Position numbers and translations under genes: made by a program. DNA of 64,000 nucleotides from Macrostomum lignano (taxonomy: Eukaryota): NCBI GenBank assembly GCA_002269645.1, contig NIVC01001197.1:1-64000 (forward strand), written 5' to 3'. The notes under the pieces are model-generated. The model did no database searches. It was not told where the DNA came from and saw only the letters and a list, made by a program, of their open reading frames with translations. This document shows, piece after piece, positions 12,911-24,900 of the stretch (its first letter is position 1; every line of letters starts with the position of its first letter).

Positions 12911-15900
12911 ATGACCTACCAGGAAGGCAGTAAGTTAAATATTTAGTTTTAAATAACAAAACTGGTTAATACTTTATTTATGCTTATTATTCATCTTTCA
13001 ATTTTTCCTGTCGCAGAAATAACACTTTGGCAGCTTGGCTTCGTTGCTTGTGCCTTGTTGATCTTTCTGCCAAAGTGCAGCAGTCAAACTGCCTGTAAGT
13101 TACTCATGTTTTCTGCTGATAACTCGCATTTTGTAACAAAAATTTTCTTAGTTTTGACTTCTGCATTTTCATCACTGTGGTTAATCTACTTTAGCTCTTG
13201 AAATTTGCTTTGAGGTTACTCATTAAGAGATAGCTTTAGCACACTAGAAAGGGAAGAGAAAGAGAGAATAACGTCAAACGCACGAACTCCCATTTCCAGA
13301 CTCGAGGGTTACTCGAGGGTACCAAAAGTCAATCAAATCAATAATAGCCTACGAGTATCGGAATCGGTCCAAATGGATCCTATCCAATCCCTTAGGAATA
13401 TGGAGGCCTTTAATTCAATAAATCAACAGAAATCAACTGATCAGTCACGTCACGACCGGTAATGTCTTAGCTCTCACTAATCAAATAACTGTGACTTCCA
13501 CAAACCCTTATCTATCGGTATGCACTTCTCTCAGAGATGCAGCCTCGTAGTTCTTGATAAGTCTCAAGTTCTCTGAAGGCTGATCCGAGTCTGGGATTTC
13601 GGTTCAGATTTTGGCTTGTATTTTATACACAATTTTAAGCCGGTTTTGGCCTAACCCGAGTTTTTTATGAGGTTACAAAAGGAATTTTTCATTTGACAGA
13701 TGGGGTTTTTGAATAGAAAGGGTGAGACTAAGGTCATTTTGAGGTTAACATTTACCATATTTGGAAGTTCTAAAATTAGATTTTGAGAACCGGTTTTTCG
13801 GACAATGGGTTGGTCACCGACTGTTTTTGTGATATTGCAAAAAAGGAGATATGAACGCATGGTATTTAAAATTTATGTTTTACATATTTTTATCTTACTA
13901 CTTCTAGTGGGCTCAATCTAGTAATATCAATAAGCCATATGTCCTTCACTAACCGGACCAACCATTCCCAACCAGACTGCAGCGGCGGGCTCCAGCGGCT
14001 GTCAGCTGAGGCCGGTGGCGAAATCGCCAGCCACAGCGGAGTCGGCACAACAAACTACAGCAGCAACTCGCAGTGCTACTGGCAGCTGGATGCGCCATCT
14101 GGCAAAAGAGTCATAGTCCGGTTCACCTACATGGATCTCGAGTCGCCAAACGACAGAGTGACTCTGTACGACGGCCTAACAACGTCATCCGAAATTGCAG
14201 TCGTTAGCGCGAATGACTCAGCTGGCTACGAGTCGCCGAAGTTTGTTTCGTCTGCAAATATTCTGACAGTGAATTTTTATTCAAACAGCCAATTCGCCAG
14301 AAAAGGATTTCGTTTACAGTACAATGCCACCGTATCAGGTAAGTTTGTCTGTGTTTTAGGATTGTAAATCATTGGATCATAGACGCATTAGCACATAGAT
14401 GCGATTAGAAGGGATGATATTTGCTTTATTTTGTTAAATTAGAATATTTTTCGCAGAATGGTGCGTCGCCGAACGGTACGGGGGCACACCCCAGTAAAAG
14501 CTAGGTGGGGGCATTACAGCGCTTTGTCCTCCGGCCCAACTTTTTGAGCCGTAATGGAAATCAATGATTTTGCTTCAGGACGATAAAATATCAAAAATGA
14601 GTGCTAACCAGACTGGCTCCCAACATAAAGTAGGATTTTATTGGTGTAAAGTTCTTGTTTTTGCCCCCATCATTAACTCGCCCCTCCCTGATCGCAGACA
14701 TCTGCAGTAAACTGTTGTGAATCATCAGAGTATAGCTAGTACATATAATAGCATACGATGTTTCATCAGCGACGACAACGGTTTTATTTAGTTAAATTTG
14801 AAAAACTGGCAGATATCTTCGTGCTTAATATAAATTTCTTCAGCTAACAGCAGTGCGTGTGGACCAGTCACATTTGATGACGCTTCCAACTCTTCCGGAA
14901 TGATTGTCAGCCACCCCGGCTACGACCAACACAGTTTATACGCCGCAAGCATGTCCTGCAGCTGGACCTTGCCATCGGTGTCCGGTAAATTTTACCAGCT
15001 CTTCGTTGGCAACGTGTCTCTCGGAAATGGAGATTGTCTGTCTGTAAATCAAGGCACGCCAGCGGAAATGACAGGTGGCAGTCCGAATGTGACCTTATGC
15101 GGCTGGAAAGCTGTCACTGGTATGACACTTCAGGTGGATGGCAACTTCAGCATTAGGTTTAGCTCCGATGGAGCTTATGAGTCCACGGGTTTTCAAATCA
15201 AGTTTGAATTACAAAACTGTGAGTTCTATTACAAGACTCAATTATTAGTTTGCTAGTTATGTTGCTTTCTTGTTTGTATCTACATAAACGGTTTTGTGCA
15301 ATATTTTGGTAAGAGATTAGTGATTTTTTGTCGCCTTGAGATGTGAGTCTCAAAGTAAAAAATATGAGCTAAACACAAGTATTGCTAGCCGTAATTAGAG
15401 TTTAGAACTTGTTAATGAAATAGGCCCTCTGTAGCAATATAAAATTTAGGAGGAATATACAAGTACTGGTAACGTTGTTGTAAGGTCTGTAGAATTTAAA
15501 CAATTAAAATGTTCATCGCAACTTGATATTGATGCATGATTTCGAATTAAAGGATTTATGCTTTGTTTTGCTACTATCTTCATTAAATAAAAATATTTAT
15601 GAACATTTTAGACTGTCCAGATAACCGCAACTTGACTAATAGCACAGGTGAAGTAGTAAGCCATAGTGGCGTCGGAGTATCCTATTATTGGAGCAATGTA
15701 ATGTGCGAATGGTACATTACGGCACCGCCTGACCACCAAGTTTGGCTCTGGTTTTCCTATTTTAATTTCGGGGACGGTGACTACGTCAAGGTTGACAGAA
15801 TTCAATATTATGGACTCCATTCTTATTTTGCATACTTCAACAAGATCAACCCACCTTTGCCGTCGGTGTATCGATCCAAAACAAGTGCTGTCTACGTAAA

Positions 15901-18900
15901 ATTTTATACAGATGGAGCGTACTCAGGTCTCGGCTTTCGATTTCACTACAACTTTACCCAGATATGTAAGTTAAAAATTTTAAGAAATGTTCTAAATATT
16001 TTACCTCTCAACATGAACAATTGATGCAGAAGGACGCTACGCCCAAAAGCCTAAAATAGGCCAGATAGCAAGTTTTTAGTTTTTCAGAAGCAAAGTCACA
16101 AATATCCTAGCTTCCCGGTCTTTTAGTCGCAAAGGGAGCAAAAGTGTGTTCCTTAAAAAAATTTAAACAAGTTTATCTAACTATTTTTACCGAATGCAGC
16201 TGGAGATTGGAAAGAAAGCCAACACAATCTGTATCGAACGTTTTTTACCCGCATTTTCTCCACCGATGTCAAATGTCGTATGACAAAATGATAAACATGG
16301 TCTAGTGAAATACTTTTAGTTGTGGTTTCGGCTCTCTGTCGGATCTGTTTCCGAGTACTCTAAGATTAAACAATAGGCAGCAAGTCCGACTGTGTTTTCC
16401 TGCTGTGTTAAACCTTCTCTTGAGATGGTATATTTTCAATCTAAATCACTGATGGAATTCACGTAAATACAAAGGATGTAAGCTTCTCAAATGCGAAGTA
16501 TGAAGCAGTCAGAAACGGAGTATATCGATACTTATCGGTACTCGGCTGATCTGGTGTTTGAGGCTAATGCCTGTATTGCTTGTCGATCGGGTGCGGACTG
16601 TAGATTTGATTGGTTTGGTTTCTATCAATGTCTTTAGTTACTTTGTCAGTGAGTCGGAAGTAGGGGAAATGGACAAAGGGTCTGCGAGCTTGCCAGAGTG
16701 CGAGAAGTACTAAGGGAGTTCCAAGAGAGGTGTTCCAAGAAAGATCTAAGGTCCAAGAAAGGGTCTAAGGACTGCTTCGTACTTTCGTGCATTAAATACA
16801 GCGCGATGTTAGGCTGTTATTGGTAGCCTACGTTTAGCGAATCAGCAGATGAAAGTGCATGGATGGAGTTTTGTGCTAAAACGCGTGCGGTGGAAATGGC
16901 TACATTTCACTAGTGCTATACAAAAAGACATCTTTGTGAAATGTATGTAGAGCGTTGTCTTGTCCCTATCCAGTAATACCTTTAAAGCTTATCCAGTAAC
17001 TTTTGAAAACTTCGAATGGTACTAATCAACCGAAGAGTACGTCCTGTAAATTTCCAATCCAGAATTATAGCGCACCATGCTGCAGTTTATATTTGAAAAC
17101 CATAAACTGGCCTGCGAAGCTTAAAATGAGGACTGCATGTGAGACCAAAGATCTCTTACGAGAATAAGTGCCATGTGAGGGGGGGGTAAAAAGTTTCTTG
17201 TCCAAGTTGGAATTGTAATAGTACTTTGCATGATAAATTGGAACAGAAAATTTCATTTAAATTTTGTTTTGAAACTTACTGCAGAAGATAATGTACTGGA
17301 CGTCTGGACGTCTCTAAATGTCTGTATTTCGTGACATTATAAACAGTAAACCAAAGTTTTAACAGGGAAAGATTTAAGAAGAAACAGGAATCATCATAGA
17401 GTTAACAGTAAACTGAATAAAAGCCATCAGCGCGCGCCCTGCGAATCTGCGACTTGACCTACCCAATCATGTGATGTACAACGGACCAGTCCATCTCCTT
17501 CAGGCATTTCTTGATTCTGTTCTCCAGCTGCTGAAGTGTCTGAGCCTGCCAATTATGATGGTACACCCGCTGCGTCAAAATGCCCCGAAAGTGCTTGATT
17601 GGACGAAGGTGAGGGACGCAGGGAGGATTCTGCTCCTTCGAGACAAAGTTGATGTCCAGCTTCTGGAACACCTCGATCACATCCTTGGCGTGACGGCAGG
17701 AGGCCAGATCTGGCCAGAATGCTTTGGTTTACATGGGTGCTTGCGCCTGTGCAAACCGGCTTCAGTGATCAGCCCGCCCCCTTTGCTGTCTCTGTGCATC
17801 TGTGTGGGGTGGGGGCTGGCCCCCACCCCCCTCCGCCTGCTAGCCTTTTTAGGTGAGCCTCTCACCGCGTTTTCTCACTCAATTTGCGCGCAGCTCTCCG
17901 CTTGAGATTTTGGTCGCTTTTTCGCTGTGCGCCTCCCGCGCGTTGCTCGCCTTGCTCGCCAACTGTCTCTGTTTCTCTTTGTGTCGGGCTGGTCACTAAA
18001 AGATAATTGCCATCGCTGTGCTGCTCATTGAGGAATGGCACTAGTCGCTTGCGAATGCATTCGTTTGCGTACAGCTCCTTGTTGCTCGTTATGGAGTGAC
18101 AAGTGAAGAATCGGCCAGCCACACCAGGATCTTGTCGCCGAACTTCTTCTGAGGTGAAACGCGCTTCTCAACAGGAGCGTCGCCGCGTGCAGTGACATAG
18201 TAGATGTCATGAATGTGTTATGACAGTGTGCTCTTTGCTAAGTTGCTGCACCGGGCCGTCCTCTCCCCCTCCCCCCTCCTTAGATATTTTCTGACTCACC
18301 CACCTGCACTTCTGCGCGTGCGTACCCCTCCCCTCCCTGCCTAGACCTTTTCTGTTGAGTCAACCCCCCATGCTCTGCGTGCGACCCCCCCCCTGTGCGA
18401 CCCCGCCCCATTATTTTGTTAGCTTTGCTGCCCCGCCCCTGTTTGTGATTGGCTGCCAGTCCCAGTCTGCCGTGCTGCGCCCCGGCGATTGGCTGGTACA
18501 GCTCATGCGTTGCCTTGGCTGATGTCTAAGCTCCCTTTTCTGCCTTTATCCCGCGCCCTCAACCCCCAGTTTGCTGCCTATTTATTCAGACCCCCTTGAG
18601 ACCCCATTCTCGTCGTCTTCGTGGCTCCTCGGCGATTGTGCCAGCGTTGGTTGCTGAATTGCTATTCCTCGCAGAATTGCTAGACAAATATATAAGTAAA
18701 GAATATCGAGGTCACCACTGCTCTGACGACGCTGTTTCTTGTACGACTGAAATCGCGGCTGGTAAGCCTTCCAATTTGCACGTCATTTGGGTCTGCATCT
18801 GTACTAGGCACCTTAGAGGGATTAAGTGCGTCGTACGCCGGTCCCACCCCAAGCAGCTCTGCGTCGTACGCGAGTCTGTAGGCTGTCGTGCGTCGTACGC

Positions 18901-21900
18901 TCGAGCAGCCTAGTCCCGACGGACACCGCGTCGTACGCGTGTCAGTGGAGGACCGTAGCCAGGGTCAGTACACGAACCCGAGTCTGGGAAAGGGGCACGA
19001 AAGGACCGAGCCCTTGAGCCCCATCACCACATAGAAGCTGTTGCCAGAAATCGTTTGGCTGGACATGTGGAAGTATGACTCATCATCGAGACGAGATCCA
19101 AGTAACCTCCGCGTCCGTCCAAGATTCTTCAGTACAGTCTGCCAACACGCATCTGCTGTTTCTCTCGCTGCTGATCAGTAACTGCTGTTACTTTCTCATT
19201 CTTTAAAGCTTTCAGGCCATTTTTCTGAAGGATTTTCCCGACGTAATCTTGGCTGATGTCGAACTTGCGCGCAATCTCTCGCTGCGAAAGTCCTCGTTGC
19301 GCGTCCTTCACGGTGTTCTTCACTTCCGCGTTCGTTACCTTGGGCTCTGTCCTGTGGCAGCCTGGACCAGCACTGCGCAGCACAGAATACTCACCGGCTC
19401 TTCGTAACGATTCAGAATGCCGTAGACTGATCAACAGTTGATCAGACCACCCCAACCTCAGCAAAGTATTTCGCAATGGCATGGTTGCTCTCTCCAGGGT
19501 ACTAAGTTTTGTACTGTTCGACCAGGCGCCTGCGCTGCTCTTCGTTCAGTAACTGCATGGCTCATTAGGATTTGAGCAGCTAGAGTTGTCAGAAAAGTTC
19601 TGTGTATATTGTAATAACTTGAGAACGATAAACAGAAGAAACATGAAAAGTTACAAATGTCTTCCTTCACATCTATTTACTCAAAGTATGAGCCCTCAGC
19701 TTCAATACACTTCTCCCAACGCCGCACCAGCCCGTCAATGCCTGCAGTCATGCCATTGTTCGTCACGGCGGCAATGCCAGCCTTGTAGGCCTGATTCGAG
19801 TCTTCCTCTGTGCTGAAACGCTGGCCCCGCATCGACTCCTTGATGCGAGGGAAGAGGAAAAAGTCGCATGGACTTAAGTCAGGAGAATAAGGCGGATGCG
19901 GAAGAATTTCCCACCCCCACGACTCGATCGTAGCCAGCACGCTTTGCTTTCGGTGCGGGGCTGCGTTGTCGTGAAGCAGAATCGGGCCAGCCGCGTGAAG
20001 TGCAGGCCTTTTGTCCCGAATGGCACGCCTAACTTTCACCAAAACCGACAGGTAGAAATCCCCATTGACCGTCTGCCCCACTGGCACAGGCTGATCGAAC
20101 AACAGACCCTCCCGGTCGAAGAAAGTCACGTGCATGACCTTCAGCTGGCCGATGCTCCGGATGGCCTTTTGAGGTCGCGGAGAACCTGGCCTGCATCAGG
20201 TGGCACTCTGCCGCTTCAACTCCGCCTCCCAAGAATGCGCCCAGGTTTCGTCGCAGGCAACAATCCTTTGCTAGAACGCCATGCCCTCCCGCCGACACCG
20301 CTGCAGGTTGGATGCGCACATGGCGACCCGCTGAGCCCGCTGATCGTCAGTGAGCAGATGCGGCATCCACTTGGCACAGACCTTGCGCATCCCAAGGTCC
20401 TCGGTCAGGATCTTGTGGACTAAGTCGTGTGACACCCCTATGGCATCAGCCAGCTGCCTGGTGGTCAGTCTCCGGTCCTGCAGCACGGCTGCCTCCACCT
20501 GACTCACCAGGCTGTCAGTCCGAGCACTCGTTTGTCGTCCACTGCGTAGCTTGTCGTCGAGTCTTCTTTACCGTTGCGAATGGCAATAGCCCAGCGGCGA
20601 ATCGTCTCATAAGATGGGCAAAATTCTCCTATGGTCTGCCGCATTTCTTCAAAAATCTCGGTTGCTGAACGCCCCTGAAGGACATGAAACTTGGTGATCG
20701 CTCGATTGTCGCGTTTGGAAAAACTCTCGCGGGACGGAATGCACCATGGGTGTGGTTGAAAAATTACTGCTATTTTGGCTAGAAATGCTCTGGTGCTCTA
20801 AAACTGAAGCTAGCAACTCTTTATATATGTATATATCTATGGCTAAAACCCCAACTCTTCAGTTATTTATAGAGCTGAGCTATTCTCTAATGCACAGAAC
20901 TTCTCTGACAACCCTAGTAGTTTTGCTGCTGCAGAACTGATTGCTAGTGAGTGTGAGAGCATCTGAGTAAGTTTCTGGCTTTATAGCAGCAAGCAGCCGC
21001 TATCTATGGCCTAACTCGGGAAGTCAGATTTTAAGTGTTCACCCAGTATTTTACGTCATAATTTCGGAAGATAGAGACAGTGGGGTTTATAGCAAAATTC
21101 CTGAAAGACGTGACACAAGCCAGAATATTCTTATTCACATTGACACCGAAAAATAGCCGGCGGCAGATTCTTAAATCTCTGAAAATTCACGCATTTGCTT
21201 ATTGAAAATGAAAGCCTACGTGACGATAATGCATTTTGCATCCAAATTTTCTGATTTATTACGAGTGAAGCGTCCCTCTACTTGTTCTAATTTTTGTAGT
21301 TATTTAAGTACCCAAGAAAGTTCTTGGTTGAAAGTTTTCACATCTATATACTCGTAGAATTAATTTATTTACAGCTTGTCAAGGAACAGGAAATGTGACA
21401 GCAACGAAAAGCGGAGGCTTTATATTCAGTCACTACGGTCTTGGTAATAGTCCTTATGGAAATAACATGGACTGCTACTGGCACATAAGCGTTCCTGTCG
21501 GACAGAGAATCGCCATTTTTTCGCCTGGCCGCTTCATTACACAGACAAATGATACAATGACAGTGTTTGATGGCTCAAACAGTTCAGTAGTTCTGCTCAG
21601 GACATCCGGCAGGTTTACCGGCGTCGTTGTATCCTCAGCAAATACTGCCACTTTGCGATTTATCACGGACAGTGCAAATACAAACTATGGGTTTCAATTG
21701 TGGCTTAAAGAGCTTGACAGCGGTAAGTAAAGCCTAAATGGCTAAATATGAAGTCAGAAAAAGTCATTAGAATACAAAACTAGATTGTACTTTTTCTCCA
21801 TACCTACTACCTAGATACCTACCGACAGACCATTTTTAGTATATTTGGATTTTTCACAAATCTAATCAAATCAGATCTTTATCAGTTGTAGTAAGAACTT

Positions 21901-24900
21901 TAAGCAGCCACAGAGTATTCCACTTGGAGAGCTCTCCTTGGATACTCGCAGCTTGAAAAGTGATTCTATTACTTGAGTCCCTATTCTACAAGTTAATTTT
22001 ATTGCAAGCCGTTGAACCCGCGGATTTTGAACATGTGGAATTCCAATCCCCGTAACAATTTAGCATGCATTCTAAAATCTGAAGTCATACTCAAACAAAA
22101 CTTTGTTAATAGTTAGGATAGAGGTAATCATAAATAGAGTAAATTCGTGTAAAATTAAGAGTTGTGAGGCAAGCGTTGATTTCATTGGCTGGGGTGCTGC
22201 GCAGAATGTCGGGCAATGTCTTTCGAAAAAATGTATAGGAAAACTCTGGCCTCTAGCTGTCTCTGCCTCTACATTTCTCGGATCCATCGAAACTTCTATC
22301 TTCTCTTCTGTTTTCTCTCTTCTCTCTTTCTTTCATCTCTTCTCTTCTTTCCTATCTCCTCTCTCCCCTCCCCCCTCTTCTCTTGTATTTGCCTCTCATC
22401 TCTTCTCTCTCTTCTCTCATCTCATCTCATCTCTCATCTGTCCCTCTGCTCACCTCACCTCTGAATCGAGGGGAGACGGGCGAGAGGGAAAAGGGAGAGA
22501 GGGAGAACACAAAAGAGAGATTGAAGAGGAGAGAGAGAAGATAGCAAATATGAGAGATGAGAGCAGAGAGGAGAGAGAGAACAGAAGAGAGGAGTCCATC
22601 ATGGGGCTAAGCCTGCTAGAAAGGAGAGGCCAAGAGCTGCTAGCTTCTGTTTTTACAGGTACAATTTCAGTTTTTTTGCTGTAAAAAACGTAAAAAAATA
22701 ATTTTTTTCGATTCCCAAAGGGGCGGAATTGAGAATTCCCGAGTTTTTTTAGGAAAATGCATCACTTAACTATATTAATGAGGGCGCCCATTTTTTAATC
22801 TTGAAACCGCACATTTGGCTTCGATGCGCTTTTTCCCCTACTGTCAGTAGGCTAGCTTAGGATTTTCTATCAATTCTCTCAGCTAGGCTGAATTCTAGAC
22901 TTTTTTGACATTACTAGTAATTATTTTAGGAAATAAATATAATTCCCTTAGGATTTTAATTTTGGGTTGTTTACGTATTTTTGAAGGTCAGGCTGTCTGG
23001 GTCTGAGGCGGATTGGATTGACCTCCAACAGTCTAAAAAGGCGACACTAAGTCTGGGAGGAATGCTTTTAATCTCCTTCTGACCGCCACATTTGTGACTT
23101 TTCACTATTTTTAATGATTTATTGCGGTCTAGCTGTCACTTTTGGCTCCAGCCTGTCTGGGTCAAAGATTTCTTCCCAGCCTCCTCCCCGCTTGCTCTAT
23201 ATTTTCTTTCTCCTTTGATTTATGGGCTTTTTGTAGTCACTTTTGGCGCCAGGATGTCTAGACAAGTGACTTTTATTCGGTTTTGCTCATGATTTATGAC
23301 CTCACCTGTCAACTTCCCTGGGGTCTAAAGGCCACCTGGTGGGCAGGGTTTTGGGGTTGAGCTCAGCCAATCAAAGTCGACCTGTCCGCCCCCGGCTCTA
23401 CCAATCAGAATATTCAGCGCTGATTTTAACAAAGGCTCTCAGTCAATAGGAAAATTCGGCGCTCATTATAACAAATCGACCGCGTGAGACCTATTAAAGA
23501 CGGAATTTCGGCCCGCGCTCGACAACCCTAACGTCCCCTAACCCTTGGACATTTTGGGCGGAGCTCTCTCTCGCTCGTCCTTTTGACTTTTTGGAAAAGC
23601 TCCTTCCAGGACCTTCGGCCTCCTGTGCCTGGCCCACGTCCTGATGTTCGCCCCCCTAAGTTCTAGTCGTCGTCTCTCATCAGCCTCGGCTTCAACAGTT
23701 TAGTTCCCCCTGAGCAGCATCGTCAGTGACTTCCCGGTCGTGATCTAAGGGTAGCGACGGCAACCGGCAAGTGAAGAGTAACGGCTTAGATCGTCATCAG
23801 CATCCCGTCCGAGCGCTTCGGTCTCGTAGAATCCTTGGCCACCGGCAGATAGGTCCTCTGATTGGTTGGGTGAGAGGCTCTCTTGAACTGCTTAATTGGG
23901 TGCACCAACCCTTCATCTGACCCTTTCCTAGGTAGTCTGATAGGATTTGCACTTTTTTACTTGTCTTTGTGTACCAGACTCGAGGCAGAAGTTTCATTTA
24001 ATACTGAAAGTAGCTAATCGCTCCGACTCAATCTCAGGCGTTTAGGATTATGGATTAAGTGAAAGTTAAATCTGGAAGTTAAAGACTCAGTGTTTTCTTT
24101 CTTTTTCGCAATGCCAGCTGAGATTAGTGGTTAAATCCACAGAATATTCTGTGGTTAAATCTAGTGGTAGAGGTCAGAGTGGACAGGAAGCGGCACAGTT
24201 CCCAGTCAATCAGTCGATATAAGAAATCATGATAGACATGCAAACTAAGAGCCAAACCGGTGCTTTCGCGCGGTCTCAGGCAGCTAAGCGGCTAAAACGA
24301 GTTAAATGTTAGTCTAAAGTTCTCCAAACGCGACAATACACCTACATCATCTCTATCTGTCGACGCGTTAACACATTTAGTGCCAAAAGCGTGCAGTTAC
24401 GTGTACTTGTACATGTACTCCTGGAATTTGGTAATGAGGTAGTACATTTAGCAGTGTATGAAGGCTCGCCAGCACAAGAGCCCCCTGCAGAAGTCTTCTC
24501 TGTCCCTGCATGGCCTATGCGATCTTAGTCCCAGCAGCGTCCCTTCTATTCGGCTATGACTTCGAGATTTAGAGTAGTATATACCATACAAAATTGCCAG
24601 CAAACCCTTCTCAGAATTCAAACGATTTAACCCTTTATCAGTGTGAAATGACTCATTTCCCTTCATTATCGCTCGTCTTCACTTCGCTCAACTCGCTTCG
24701 CTCATCCTCGCTTCATTTCGGTCAATCAACTCATTTCACACTTACAACGATTAATTCTCATCGAATTCTGAGAATACGCTCTCGTCGTTCGCTTCGGTTT
24801 GCTGGCAATTTTGTATGGTACTCAAACCCTTCCAACACTTCCAACACTTCTAACACTTCCAACTATATCCAACTCTTCTAATACTTCCAACTCTCTCCAA

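Larger units (their letters stand above)
17294..21047 (-). mobile_element. Tc1/mariner-superfamily DD37E-type transposon, inactivated and carrying three nested insertions (outer ends approximate)
   Basis: Transposase pieces between 19558 and 17459: HTH LSQREIARKFDISQDYVGKIL, DDESYF, KFGDKILVWLA, and FWPDLASC-37aa-(K for E) with NPPCVPHLRPI. TIR similarity is weak, so the ends are tentative. Confidence 0.7.

Noticed and set aside
22103-22684. 193-aa membrane protein ORF
   Set aside because: It is a translation of CT/GA low-complexity tracts, with a GTG start and no domain.
23520-23546. Telomere-like ccctaa repeats
   Set aside because: Only two interrupted copies are present.
22690-24566. Possible LTR/ERV-like or DIRS terminal region with CCAAT boxes
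   Set aside because: It looks repeat-derived, but no termini, TSD or coding motif could be fixed.
24594-24881. ORFs 24594-24881 and 56210-56422 as duplicated genes
   Set aside because: They are non-ATG translations of the TIR sequence with low-complexity content.
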